NCBI GenBank assembly: GCA_017881915.1 | Contig: JADGQK010000006.1 | Span: 1-61,240, forward strand | Length of the DNA stretch: 61,240 bases | Origin: Chloroflexota bacterium | Lineage (GTDB): Bacteria > Chloroflexota > Limnocylindria > Limnocylindrales > CSP1-4 | Direction: 5' to 3' | Shown here: piece by piece, positions 20,040-29,669 of the stretch | Layout: every line of letters begins with the position of its first letter | How positions within the stretch are numbered: position 1 is the first letter of the stretch | Notes under the pieces: generated by a model | The model's database searches: none | Told to the model about the DNA's origin: nothing | The model's input: the letters and a program-made list of their open reading frames with translations, nothing else | Made by a program: the position numbers and the translations under genes

Positions 20040-21059
20040 ATGGCCCTTGAGCTTGCTCCAGCCCCCGCCGTGGCGCCCATGGCCACCGGCCGGCCCCGGA
20101 TCTTCAGCGGAATCCAGCCCTCCGGGATCGTCCACCTCGGCAACGACCTCGGCGCGGTGCGCAACTACGTCCGGCTGCAGTTCGACTACGAGGCGATCTA
20201 CTGCATCGTCGACTACCACGCCCTGACCACGACGCACGACGGTGCCCTCCTGCGCGAGCGGACACGCGAGATGGCCGCCTCACTGCTGGCGCTGGGCGTG
20301 GATCCGGAGCGCTGCACGCTCTTCGTCCAGAGCGATCGGCCCGAGCACACCGAGCTGGCCTGGCTCCTGGCGACGGTCACCCCGGTGAGCTGGCTCGAGC
20401 GGACGCCGAGCTACAAGGAGAAGAAGCTCAACCAGCCCGACGACGTGAACCACGGCCTGCTCACGTATCCCGTCCTGCAGGCCGCCGACATCATCATCTA
20501 CAAGGCGTCGGTGGTGCCCGTCGGGCGCGACCAGGCCGCCCACCTGGAGCTGAGCCGGGAGATCGTCCGGGCGTTCAACGCCCGCTACGGCGAGACGTTT
20601 CCGGAGCCGCAGGCCGTGTTCACCGATGCGCCCGTCGTGCTTGGCACCGACGGCGTCAAGAAGATGAGCAAGTCGATCGGCAACACGATCGACATCTTCG
20701 CCCCGCCCGACGTCATCCGGAAGCAGGTGATGTCGATGGTCACCGACACGAAGCGCATCCTGCGCACCGACCCGGGCCGGCCGTCGATCTGCAACGTGTG
20801 CCAGCTCCACCGCCATTTCGGCCCCGATTACGAGGCGATCTGGGAGGGCGAGCGCACGGCCCGAACCGGCTGCGTCGACACGAAGCGGCTGTTGGCCGAG
20901 CGGATCATCGCCCACTACGCGCCGGCCCGCGAGCGCTATCTCGAGCTGATCGCCCGACCCGCCGAGGTCGACGAGATCCTGACCGCCGGTGCCGCCCGGC
21001 TCAAGCCGCTGGCCGAGGCAACCCTGGCCGAGGTCCATGCGAAGATGGGGCTCCGCTGA
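20040..21059 (+). CDS. trpS: Tryptophan--tRNA ligase
   Basis: SGIQPSG, HLGN, YPVLQAADI, KMSKS. Confidence 0.95.
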   Translation: MALELAPAPAVAPMATGRPRIFSGIQPSGIVHLGNDLGAVRNYVRLQFDYEAIYCIVDYHALTTTHDGALLRERTREMAASLLALGVDPERCTLFVQSDRPEHTELAWLLATVTPVSWLERTPSYKEKKLNQPDDVNHGLLTYPVLQAADIIIYKASVVPVGRDQAAHLELSREIVRAFNARYGETFPEPQAVFTDAPVVLGTDGVKKMSKSIGNTIDIFAPPDVIRKQVMSMVTDTKRILRTDPGRPSICNVCQLHRHFGPDYEAIWEGERTARTGCVDTKRLLAERIIAHYAPARERYLELIARPAEVDEILTAGAARLKPLAEATLAEVHAKMGLR

Positions 21060-21069
21060 GGGTCAGGCC

Positions 21070-22356
21070 ATGACCGAATCGGATCAGCAGCAACGGCACG
21101 AGTCGCCGGGTGACGGCCGACCGGGCGCCCTCGGAGACACCACCGCGGAGATCAGCCGGATCCTGGGCCGGGACCCGCGCTGGTTCGCGGCGCTCCTGGT
21201 CAGCGTCACGGTGATCGCCGTGATCTTCGCGATCGAGGTCGTCGGCTCCGCGATCTTCGCCTTCGGCGACATCGTCCTGATCTTCTTCATGGCCTGGTTG
21301 ATCGCATTCATCGTCAGCCCGTTCGCCTCGGCCCTCAAGCGGATCGTCCGGCCGCTGCCCCAGACCGCCGCGGTCCTGATCGTGTACCTGGTGGCGATCG
21401 GCGGACTGCTCCTCGCGATCTTCGTGGTCACCGCCAACCTGGCCAGCTCGATCGGCCAGTTCGTCCAGTCGATCCCCCAGATCGAGCAGAACCTCGGCCA
21501 GTACCTGGCTCCCTGGCAGGAACGCCTGAATGGTCTGGGCCTGTCGGTGGATCTCGTGGCCCTGGTCCACGCGGTGCTGGGCAATCTGCAGACCGGCGCG
21601 ATCGACGTGGTCGGACCGATCCAGCAGGTCGCGGTCGCCAGCATCAGCGTGATCGGCACGGTCCTGATCATCTCGATCATGTCGATCTACATCGCGATCG
21701 ACCGCAAGCGGATCCTGGCCTTCCTGTTCCGGCTCACACCGAGCGCCTACCGGACCGAGGCCGAGCTGCTGCGGGTCAGCGTCAACCGCTCGTTCGGCGG
21801 CTTCCTGCGCGGCCAGGTGATCATGGGTGCGGTCTACGGCGTGATCACGGTGGCCGTCTCGGTCGTGTTCGGACTCAAGCTGGTCCCGATCACGGCGACC
21901 GCCGCCGGGGCCCTCATGGCCATCCCGTTCTTCGGCCCGTTCGTGGCCTGGCTGCCGCCCGTCCTCGATGCCCTGATCTTCACCCCCGACCTGCTCCTGC
22001 CGGTCGCGATCCTGATCGGAATCGGCTGGTTCGTCGTGATGAACGTCCTGCAGCCCCGGCTGATGGCCGGCGCGGTCGGCCTCCACCCGATCGTGGTCCT
22101 GGGTTCGGTCCTGGTGGGCGGCAAGATCGCCGGGGTCGCCGGGGCGATCTTCGGGATCCCGATCGCGGCGATCGTGACGGCCTTCTTCTGGCACTACCTC
22201 GAGGAACAGACCGGCGAGACGGTCGCCCAGCGGGCCGCAAGGCGGGTCGAGCGCCGGGAGGGCCGGCCGGTCCGGATCCCCACCGAACCGCGACCCGGGA
22301 TCGACCCGGAGGTCGAGGACGAGGGGATCAGCGCCGGCGTTTCTTCCAGTCGCTGA
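21070..22356 (+). CDS. AI-2E family transporter
   Basis: Multiple TM helices; FLRGQ, IPFFGP, QPRLM-GLHP, IPIAA motifs. Confidence 0.88.
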   Translation: MTESDQQQRHESPGDGRPGALGDTTAEISRILGRDPRWFAALLVSVTVIAVIFAIEVVGSAIFAFGDIVLIFFMAWLIAFIVSPFASALKRIVRPLPQTAAVLIVYLVAIGGLLLAIFVVTANLASSIGQFVQSIPQIEQNLGQYLAPWQERLNGLGLSVDLVALVHAVLGNLQTGAIDVVGPIQQVAVASISVIGTVLIISIMSIYIAIDRKRILAFLFRLTPSAYRTEAELLRVSVNRSFGGFLRGQVIMGAVYGVITVAVSVVFGLKLVPITATAAGALMAIPFFGPFVAWLPPVLDALIFTPDLLLPVAILIGIGWFVVMNVLQPRLMAGAVGLHPIVVLGSVLVGGKIAGVAGAIFGIPIAAIVTAFFWHYLEEQTGETVAQRAARRVERREGRPVRIPTEPRPGIDPEVEDEGISAGVSSSR

Positions 22357-24013
22357 GGATCTCGCGCGCGGCGTTCTGGCCGGGGATCCCGGTGATCCCA
22401 CCACCAGGATGGGCGCCCGATCCGGCGAGGTACAGGCCGTCGACCGGCAGCCGATAGCGGGCGCTGCCGAGGAGCGGCCGCCACATGAAGAAGCTGTCGA
22501 GGCTGGGCTCGGCGTGGTATGGGTGGCCACCGGTCAGGCCGTAGTCGTTCTCGAGGTCGAGCGGACTGAGCACTTGCCGGCCTACGACCAGCCTGGTGAT
22601 CCCCGGGGCGTACGCCTCGAGCGTCCTCAGGGCGAGATCGCCGAGCTCATCGCGACGGGCTGCCCAGCTGCCCTCCCGGAGGGTGTACGGCGCGTACTGG
22701 AGGTGGATGCTCATGACCTGGCGAGCGGCCCGCCGCGCGCCCGCCGGCGGGTCATCGACGAGCGTCGGATCGATGAGTGACGGGATCGTCGCCTCGAGGT
22801 AGGGCGCCGGGCTCAGCTCGCCGTACTTCGATGCATCGAAGGCCCGCTCAACGTAGTCGATGCCCGGGGCGATGACGATCCGGCCGCGCAACAGGCGCTC
22901 GGCCTCGGGACCCTTGCCGGCCGCCGTGAAGACGGGCAGCCCGGCGAGGGCGAGGTTGACCTTGGCCACCGTGCCCGGGGTCCGGATGTTGACGGCTCGC
23001 CAGCGCAAGCCCGGCCCAAGGGTGACCGGATCAACCAGCCCGGTCAGGACCTGCTTCGGGTCGATCCCCGCGACCACGATCCGGGCCGGGATCTCCTCGC
23101 CTGACGCGAGCACGACGCCGCTCGCCCGTCCGTCGTTGGTCGTGATGTGGACGACCTGGGCGCCGGTCCGGATCCGGCCGCCGGCGGCCTGTACGGCCGC
23201 CGCGAGCGCCGCCGACAGGGCGCCCGGGCCACCCCTGGCGTAGACCGTCTGGCCGGCTGCTCCCCCGTCATTGCCGGCCGAATCGGCCAGGAAGACCGCG
23301 GTCGTGCCGGCCGACCAGGGGCCCATGGCCGTGTTCTGGATGCCCCGCGCCGCGAGGACCCCGCGCAGGCCGTCGGTCTCGAATGACTCCGCCACGAAGT
23401 CGGCGACCGCCATCGGCAGGACCCGCAGAACCGAACGCGCGTCGTGCTTGCCGAGGCCCCGGAATGCCCGGGTGAGCTTCAGCCCGGTCAGCGCGTCGCC
23501 GAACGATGGCGCATGGATGTCCGGCGGGGCGGCGCCGCCCAGCTCGGCCAGGAAGCGTCCGATCGAGCGGACGAGCCGATCGAAGCCGGCGTAGGTCGCG
23601 GCGTCGTGGCCGGAGCGCACCCGCAGCCCGTCGGCGGTCCGTTCCACGTCGTCGTACAGCGTGATCGCCGACCCATCCGGGCTCGGCGCAAAGACGCGCA
23701 CATCGGGTGCGACGAAGGTCAGCCCGTGGGCGCGCAGGCCAAGCTCGCGGACGACCGACGGCTTGAACCGGCCGACGGTGTGGGCGACGGCGGGCACCCG
23801 CGCGCCAGACTTGACCTCGTCCGTCGCCGCGATCCCGCCGACCTGCTCGCGCCGCTCCACGACGAGGGTCGCCAGGCCGGCCCTGGCCAGGTAAGCGGCG
23901 GCCACCAGGCCGTTGTGCCCGGCACCAATCACGATCGCGTCCCAGCTCTGGCCGCTGGGGACCACGCCCTGCACCTCTGGCGCGGGCGCCGTCGTTCGCT
24001 CGGCGATCACCAT
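22328..24013 (-). CDS. Phytoene desaturase-family FAD oxidoreductase (second copy)
   Basis: IGAGHNGL dinucleotide fold; GAHPGGGITG C-terminus. Confidence 0.88.
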   Translation of the reverse strand: MVIAERTTAPAPEVQGVVPSGQSWDAIVIGAGHNGLVAAAYLARAGLATLVVERREQVGGIAATDEVKSGARVPAVAHTVGRFKPSVVRELGLRAHGLTFVAPDVRVFAPSPDGSAITLYDDVERTADGLRVRSGHDAATYAGFDRLVRSIGRFLAELGGAAPPDIHAPSFGDALTGLKLTRAFRGLGKHDARSVLRVLPMAVADFVAESFETDGLRGVLAARGIQNTAMGPWSAGTTAVFLADSAGNDGGAAGQTVYARGGPGALSAALAAAVQAAGGRIRTGAQVVHITTNDGRASGVVLASGEEIPARIVVAGIDPKQVLTGLVDPVTLGPGLRWRAVNIRTPGTVAKVNLALAGLPVFTAAGKGPEAERLLRGRIVIAPGIDYVERAFDASKYGELSPAPYLEATIPSLIDPTLVDDPPAGARRAARQVMSIHLQYAPYTLREGSWAARRDELGDLALRTLEAYAPGITRLVVGRQVLSPLDLENDYGLTGGHPYHAEPSLDSFFMWRPLLGSARYRLPVDGLYLAGSGAHPGGGITGIPGQNAAREILSDWKKRRR

Positions 24014-24015
24014 TG

Positions 24016-25611
24016 TCAGGCCACCTTCCGACCGGCGGCGCGGAGAACTTCCATCGCCGCGATCCGGCCATTTGCGCCCATGATCCCGCCGCCGGGATGC
24101 GTCGCCGAGCCGCACAGCCAAAGGTCCCGGATCGGGGTCCTGAAGCGGGCGTAGCCGGGCACCGGCCGGTTGAAGAAGAGCTGCTCCAGGCTGAGCTCAC
24201 CCTGGAAGATGTTGCCCTCGGTCAGCCCGAAGCGGCGCTCCATGTCGAGCGGGGTGAGGACCTGGCGGTGGAGGATGATTTCCCGGATGTTCGGGGCGAC
24301 CTCGGCGATCCGATCGATCACCGCGTCGCCGAAGGCTTCCCGATTGTCGTCCCAGCTGCCCAGGCTCGGGTCCAGGCGGTAGGGGGCGTACTGGACGAAG
24401 CAGCTGATCACGTGCTTGCCGGGCGGCGCCATCGACGGGTCGACCAGGGTGGGGATGATCATGTCGATATACGGGCGCCGGCTCCAGTGGCCGTATTTCG
24501 CGTCGTCGTAGGCCCGCTCCATGTCCTCGATCGAGGCGCTGTAGCTGATCGCGCCGCGGAGGTGCTCGCCCTCGCCCGGCAGGCAGGTGAAGTTGGGCAG
24601 CCGATCCACGGCCAGGTTGACCTTGCCCGATGAGCCCCGGAACTTGAACCGGCGAACCTCGTCCTCGAACTCGGGCTCGAGGGTGCCGGGCTCGATCAGG
24701 CCGAGGTAGGTCAGGCGCGAATCGACCGACGAAAGGACGTGCCGGGCGTAGATCTCCTCGCCCGACTCGAGGGCCACACCGACCGCCCGGCCGGCACGGG
24801 TCATGATCCTGGCCACCGGCGCCTCGAGCCGGATCTCGGCACCCTGGGCCTGGGCCGCGCTGCCGATCGCATTCGAGACGCCGCCGGTCCCACCGCGCGG
24901 GATCCCCCAGGCACGGAAGGCGCCATCGATCTCGCCCATGTAGTGATGGAGCAGGACGTAGGCGGTGCCCGGCGACTTCACGCCCTGGTAGGTCCCGATG
25001 ATGCCCGAAGCCGACATCGTGGCCTTCAGCGGATCGGTCTCGAACCACTGGGCCAGGAAGTCAGCCGCACTCATCGTCATCAGCTGGACGAACACAGCCT
25101 GCTGCTTCTCGGGCAGGCGCTGGAACGATCGGGCGAGGCCGGCTAGGGGTCCGAACTGGCGCGGGTCAAGGCCGGTCGGATCAGGCGGCACGATCGACAG
25201 GATCGGCTTGATGAAGCGGGCCATCTCGACCATGAGCTGGCCGTACTCCTCGTATGCCTCGGCGTCCAGCTTCGACCAGCGGCGCAGTTCGCGAATCGTC
25301 CGGCCGTGGTCGTTGACCCGCCACAGGTAGTCACCCTGGAGCGGCGTGAACGTGCCGTCGAGGGGCAGGATGTCCAAACCGTGGGCCGGCAGATTCAGCT
25401 CGCGGATGATCTCGGGACGGAGCAGGCTGACGACGTAGGACGCCACCGAGAAGCGGAACCCCGGGAAGATCTCCTCGGTAACGGCCGCCCCGCCCAGCAG
25501 CTCGCGCTTCTCGAGGACCAGCGTGCTCATCCCCGCCCGCGCCAGGTAGGCGGCGCTGACCAGGCCGTTGTGGCCCCCGCCGATGATCACCGCGTCGTAC
25601 GTTCGGGCCAC
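24016..25611 (-). CDS. Phytoene desaturase-family FAD oxidoreductase (PYROXD2-like)
   Basis: IGGGHNGL, GGAAVTEE, EGNIFQG, THPGGGIMGANG. Confidence 0.9.
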   Translation of the reverse strand: MARTYDAVIIGGGHNGLVSAAYLARAGMSTLVLEKRELLGGAAVTEEIFPGFRFSVASYVVSLLRPEIIRELNLPAHGLDILPLDGTFTPLQGDYLWRVNDHGRTIRELRRWSKLDAEAYEEYGQLMVEMARFIKPILSIVPPDPTGLDPRQFGPLAGLARSFQRLPEKQQAVFVQLMTMSAADFLAQWFETDPLKATMSASGIIGTYQGVKSPGTAYVLLHHYMGEIDGAFRAWGIPRGGTGGVSNAIGSAAQAQGAEIRLEAPVARIMTRAGRAVGVALESGEEIYARHVLSSVDSRLTYLGLIEPGTLEPEFEDEVRRFKFRGSSGKVNLAVDRLPNFTCLPGEGEHLRGAISYSASIEDMERAYDDAKYGHWSRRPYIDMIIPTLVDPSMAPPGKHVISCFVQYAPYRLDPSLGSWDDNREAFGDAVIDRIAEVAPNIREIILHRQVLTPLDMERRFGLTEGNIFQGELSLEQLFFNRPVPGYARFRTPIRDLWLCGSATHPGGGIMGANGRIAAMEVLRAAGRKVA

Positions 25612-25653
25612 GGGTCCTCCGGTTTGCGCTGCGTCGCTGTTCGAGGCGCCAGC

Positions 25654-25689
25654 CGATCATGCAGGCTGCATATCTTTCATGCATGATCG
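25654..25689. promoter_or_regulatory. Inverted repeat, probable transcription-factor operator
   Basis: CGATCATGCA-N16-TGCATGATCG in the AT-richer divergent intergenic region. Confidence 0.55.
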
Positions 25690-25753
25690 TACCGCATACT
25701 GGACGGACAACGGGCGCGCTGGAGGCGTCGGCCGGTCGATCGGAGGAAGCACC

Positions 25754-26947
25754 GTGAGCGTCGGCACCGCGTTCCATTCCCGGACCGAGCCGCACAACCG
25801 GAAGATGCAGTGGCGCGAGTGGTCGGGCTATTTCGCGGCCAGCGTCTATGCCGATTTTCACGACATCGAGTACAACGCGATCCGCGAGCAGGCCGCCCTG
25901 ATCGATGTCTCGCCGCTCTACAAGTACGAGATCCGGGGGCGCGACGCGGAGCGGCTCGTGGACCGGGTGATCACCCGCGACGCGACGAAGCTCAAGGTGG
26001 GACAGGTCTACTACACGCCGTGGTGCGACGAGGCCGGCAAGGTCGTCGACGACGGCACGATCCATCGCCTGGGCAGCGCGTCCTTCCGTTGGACCGCGGC
26101 CGACCCGCAATACCGCTGGCTGAAGATGAACGCGTCCGGGCTCGAGGTCGAGGTCGAGGACATCAGCGAGTCGACGGCCGCCCTGGCCCTCCAGGGTCCG
26201 CTCAGCCGGGCCGTCCTGGAGGCCGCCACCGGCGAGAGCTTTATCGACCTGCGCTATTTCCGCCGGCGGGCCGCGACCGTCGCCGGGATCGCGATCGACG
26301 TCAGCCGAACCGGCTACACGGGCGACCTCGGCTACGAGCTATGGGTGGCGGCCGACAAGGCGGTTGAGCTGTGGGACGCGATCGTCGCCGCCGGCAAGCC
26401 GTACGGGATCCGGCCGGCCGGCATGATCGCCCTCGACGTGGTCCGGCTGGAGGCTGGCCTGATCCTCCTCGAGGTCGACTACACCAGCGCCAGGCACGCG
26501 ATGAACAGCGAGCAGGCCTACTCGCCGGGCGAGATCGGGCTGGGCAAGCTGGTCGATTTCGACAAGGGCGACTTCGTGGGCCGGCGGGCGCTGCTCGACG
26601 AGCGCCGCGCTGGCGGGCCTCGCCGCCGGTTGGTTGGGCTCGAGATCAGCTGGCCCGACATCGACGCGATGTACAACGCCCGGGGTCTCCCGCCGAGCGC
26701 ACCGGCGGTGGTCGATCGTTCAGCCATCCCCCTGTTCGACACGGGCGGCCGGCAGGTCGGCCGGATCACCAGCCACGGCTGGAGCCCGATCCTGAAGAAG
26801 CCGATCGCTCTTGCCTCCGTGCCCGCTTTCTTCGAACGGCCCGGCACGCGTCTCCAGGCCGAATGGACGGTCGAGGCGCGCCGGGGCCGCGTCGGTGCAA
26901 CCGTCGTCGAGACGCCATTCCTGGACCTGCAGCGCAAGCGCGCCTGA
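25754..26947 (+). CDS. Aminomethyltransferase (GcvT-like folate-binding) family protein
   Basis: LIDVS, LQGPLS, SRTGYTGDLGYEL, RLEAG; GGAGG RBS before GTG 25754. Confidence 0.88.
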   Translation: MSVGTAFHSRTEPHNRKMQWREWSGYFAASVYADFHDIEYNAIREQAALIDVSPLYKYEIRGRDAERLVDRVITRDATKLKVGQVYYTPWCDEAGKVVDDGTIHRLGSASFRWTAADPQYRWLKMNASGLEVEVEDISESTAALALQGPLSRAVLEAATGESFIDLRYFRRRAATVAGIAIDVSRTGYTGDLGYELWVAADKAVELWDAIVAAGKPYGIRPAGMIALDVVRLEAGLILLEVDYTSARHAMNSEQAYSPGEIGLGKLVDFDKGDFVGRRALLDERRAGGPRRRLVGLEISWPDIDAMYNARGLPPSAPAVVDRSAIPLFDTGGRQVGRITSHGWSPILKKPIALASVPAFFERPGTRLQAEWTVEARRGRVGATVVETPFLDLQRKRA

Positions 26948-26976
26948 AGCGGGCCCGGCCCGAGCCACGCCCGCGC

Positions 26977-28104
26977 TCAGGTCGTCGCGAAGCGTTCGAG
27001 GCCGGCCATGGCTTTGGGTAGATCGACTCGGCCGAAGCCCAGGCGGACGTGGTTGCCGGGCTGGCCGAAAGTTGAGCCGGGCAGCAGCAGGACGCCTTCG
27101 GCCTCGACCAGCTCGGCCGCAAATCGGTCGGCGTCCCAGCCCGCGAAACGGCCGGCCAGGGTCAGTGCCGGGTAGCCCACCGAGCCGGCCCGCGGCCGAA
27201 CCCAGGTCATGACATCCGGATGCTCGGCCATGAACCGATCCAGGTAGGCCAGGTTGGTCGAGATGATCCGGTGCGAGCGTCGCAGGACCGCGCCGCGGGC
27301 GCGCAGGCCGATCAGGCTCAGGATCTCCGCGGGAGCAGACGGGCAGATCGTGGTGTAGTCCTTGAAGGCAGCGCAACGGTCGAGCAGGGCGCGGTCGTGG
27401 CTTGCCAGCCAGCCGATCCGGAGGCCCGCCATCGCGAAGGATTTCGACATCACCCCAAGGCTGATTCCCATGGGGAGCGCGTCGGCCCCGGCCGTCAGTC
27501 GATCCGCGTCGGCGTACTCGAGGAAGCGGTAGACCTCGTCCGCGAACAGGTGGATGCCCGCTTCGGTGCATAGCTCGATCAGCGCGCGCCACTCCGCCTG
27601 GCCGGGCAGCATCCCGGTTGGGTTGTGCGGCGCGTTGACCACGATCAAGCGGGTCCCGGCGCGCACCGCCGCCCGGATCCGGTCGACGTCGAGGGCCCAG
27701 CCATCCCCCTCGCGGAGCTCGTGCAGGGTGACTTCGGCTCCCGCCGCGCGGGCGACCTCGGACAGGCTCTGGTAACCCGGCCAGGTCACGATCGCGTGAT
27801 CGCCGGGCTCAACGACGACGTTCAGGAGGCAGAAGATCGCCTCCTCTGCGCCGGAGAAGACGAGCACCTCGTCCGGGCTGACCGTGTCGTAGAGCGCGGC
27901 GATCTCCGCCCGCAGGAGGGGATGCCCGCTCGACTCGGTGTAGCCCAGCCGCAGGCCTTGCCACAATCCGCGGGACTCGTCGTCGGCGAGCTCCAGGAGC
28001 TCAGCCATCGGGTAACCCTCGAGGTCGGACGCACACAGGAGGTGTCGAACGGCAAACTCCCACCTGGCGAAGTAGCGCTCGAGCTCGAAGTCCGCGATCT
28101 TCAT
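26977..28104 (-). CDS. PLP-dependent aminotransferase class I/II
   Basis: NAPHNPTG, DEVYR, MSKSFAMAGLRIGW. Confidence 0.9.
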   Translation of the reverse strand: MKIADFELERYFARWEFAVRHLLCASDLEGYPMAELLELADDESRGLWQGLRLGYTESSGHPLLRAEIAALYDTVSPDEVLVFSGAEEAIFCLLNVVVEPGDHAIVTWPGYQSLSEVARAAGAEVTLHELREGDGWALDVDRIRAAVRAGTRLIVVNAPHNPTGMLPGQAEWRALIELCTEAGIHLFADEVYRFLEYADADRLTAGADALPMGISLGVMSKSFAMAGLRIGWLASHDRALLDRCAAFKDYTTICPSAPAEILSLIGLRARGAVLRRSHRIISTNLAYLDRFMAEHPDVMTWVRPRAGSVGYPALTLAGRFAGWDADRFAAELVEAEGVLLLPGSTFGQPGNHVRLGFGRVDLPKAMAGLERFATT

Positions 28105-28119
28105 CCGGCTGAGACCCGG

Positions 28120-28839
28120 CTAGGTGATCGCGTGGAGGGTCGCCGTCAGGGCGAGGAATGTGGCCTGGTCCAGGCCGTTGCTCGTCGCCAGCCAGCTTGG
28201 CTTCTCGCCCTTGGCCACGACCAGGGCAAAACCACTCGTTGTCTGGACGAGGCTCCCGCTCAGATCGCCATATGGACCAGTGCCGGCCGGCGAGCCGCTC
28301 GGGACACAGCCGGAATCGTCGGCGCAGAACGAGCCTTCGTCGAGCTCGAACGTCGCACTGTCGGCCCTCCGCCGGAAGCTGATCGTGATGTGCCCGCCAC
28401 TGGCCAGGCGGTACGTGCCCGAGACGAGCGACCAGCCGGCAGGCAGGACGGCACAGTAGACGGGGAAGTTCACCGCCCCGGCGAACGACTCGTAGAAGTC
28501 CGGCGTGTCCTTGGCGCCCGAGCAGACGGACGCCGAGCTCGGGGCAGTCGGTGTGGGCCCGGTCGAGCCGGAAGGCGTCGGCTCAGCGCTCGGCTCCGTC
28601 GAATCGGTCGGGCTCGGTCCGCTCGAATCGGATGGGCTGGGCGGGACGGACGCAGAAGAAGTTGGTCCGACGCTTGGCCCCAGGCTCGGGCTCAGACTTG
28701 GGCCCAGGCTGGCCGGGCTCGCGTCCGACGGCGCGGCCGAGGAGGTGCCCAGGCCACAACCGGCCAGCACGAGCACCGCGGCGGCAAGGAACAGGGAGAG
28801 TCGAACGGTCCCGGCCGTCCGCGGGCGCATGGGCGTCAC
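28120..28839 (-). CDS. Lipoprotein with Ser/Pro-rich linker
   Basis: LVLAGC lipobox, low-complexity linker, Cys-containing C-terminal domain. Confidence 0.7.
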   Translation of the reverse strand: MTPMRPRTAGTVRLSLFLAAAVLVLAGCGLGTSSAAPSDASPASLGPSLSPSLGPSVGPTSSASVPPSPSDSSGPSPTDSTEPSAEPTPSGSTGPTPTAPSSASVCSGAKDTPDFYESFAGAVNFPVYCAVLPAGWSLVSGTYRLASGGHITISFRRRADSATFELDEGSFCADDSGCVPSGSPAGTGPYGDLSGSLVQTTSGFALVVAKGEKPSWLATSNGLDQATFLALTATLHAIT

Positions 28840-28904
28840 CGGCCAAGCGTAGCCGCAGCCGGTGACAGCGGTCAACGCTCCACTCCCGTGCCCCGCTCCT
28901 GTGC

Positions 28905-29669
28905 TCAGACCGCGGCGAGCGGCACCGAACGGCGGACGAAGGCCGGATCGACGCCGTAGACAAGCTGGATCCGCTCATCGGCCAGAACGTCGTCGGGCGG
29001 TCCGTCGGCCACGACCGCACCTTTGTCGATGAGGATCAGGCGCGGGAAGAAGTGGCCGGCGAGGCCAAGATCGTGGAGCACGGCCACAACCGTTGTTCCG
29101 TCACGCTCGTTCAGGTCGACCAGGAGGGCCATCGTCTCGACCTGGTGCCGGAGGTCCAAATGGACCGTTGGCTCGTCGAGGACCGTGACCGGCGCCGCCT
29201 GGGCGAGGGCCATCGCGATGAGCACGAGCTGCCGCTCGCCGAGGGACAGCTCGCGAACGTCACGACCGGCCAGCGCGCCGATGCCGACCCGCTCGATCGC
29301 AGCCGACACCGCCGCCCGGTCGGCCGCCCGCTGGCCCCGGAACGGGTCCTCGTGCGGCAACCGCCCCAGCCCGACGACTTCCTCGACGCGAGCCGCGAAC
29401 GGGAGAGCCGGCGCCTGGGGCACGACGGACAGCCGCCGCGCGATCGCCTGGCGATCGAGGCGCGCCAGCGCATCACCACCAAGGCGAACCGTGCCCACCC
29501 GCGGCCGGAGGGTGCCGTTCATCGCCCGCAGCAGGCTCGACTTGCCGGCCCCGTTCGGGCCGATGATCGCGACTCGTTCGCCGGGGTCGATCCGGAGGTT
29601 GATGTCCACCAGGACATCACGCGCCCGGTAAGCCGCCCAGACCCCTTCGAACTCGATCATCGCGGTCAC
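28905..29669 (-). CDS. ABC transporter ATP-binding protein (BtuD/FecE-like)
   Basis: GPNGAGKS, LSLGE, LDEPT. Confidence 0.9.
   Translation of the reverse strand: MTAMIEFEGVWAAYRARDVLVDINLRIDPGERVAIIGPNGAGKSSLLRAMNGTLRPRVGTVRLGGDALARLDRQAIARRLSVVPQAPALPFAARVEEVVGLGRLPHEDPFRGQRAADRAAVSAAIERVGIGALAGRDVRELSLGERQLVLIAMALAQAAPVTVLDEPTVHLDLRHQVETMALLVDLNERDGTTVVAVLHDLGLAGHFFPRLILIDKGAVVADGPPDDVLADERIQLVYGVDPAFVRRSVPLAAV

Noticed and set aside
22328-25611. Carotenoid biosynthesis cluster (crtI)
   Set aside because: No crtB/crtE/crtY nearby; context is a GcvT-like gene.
25754-26947. Bona fide gcvT
   Set aside because: No gcvH/gcvP, and the N-terminus is atypical.
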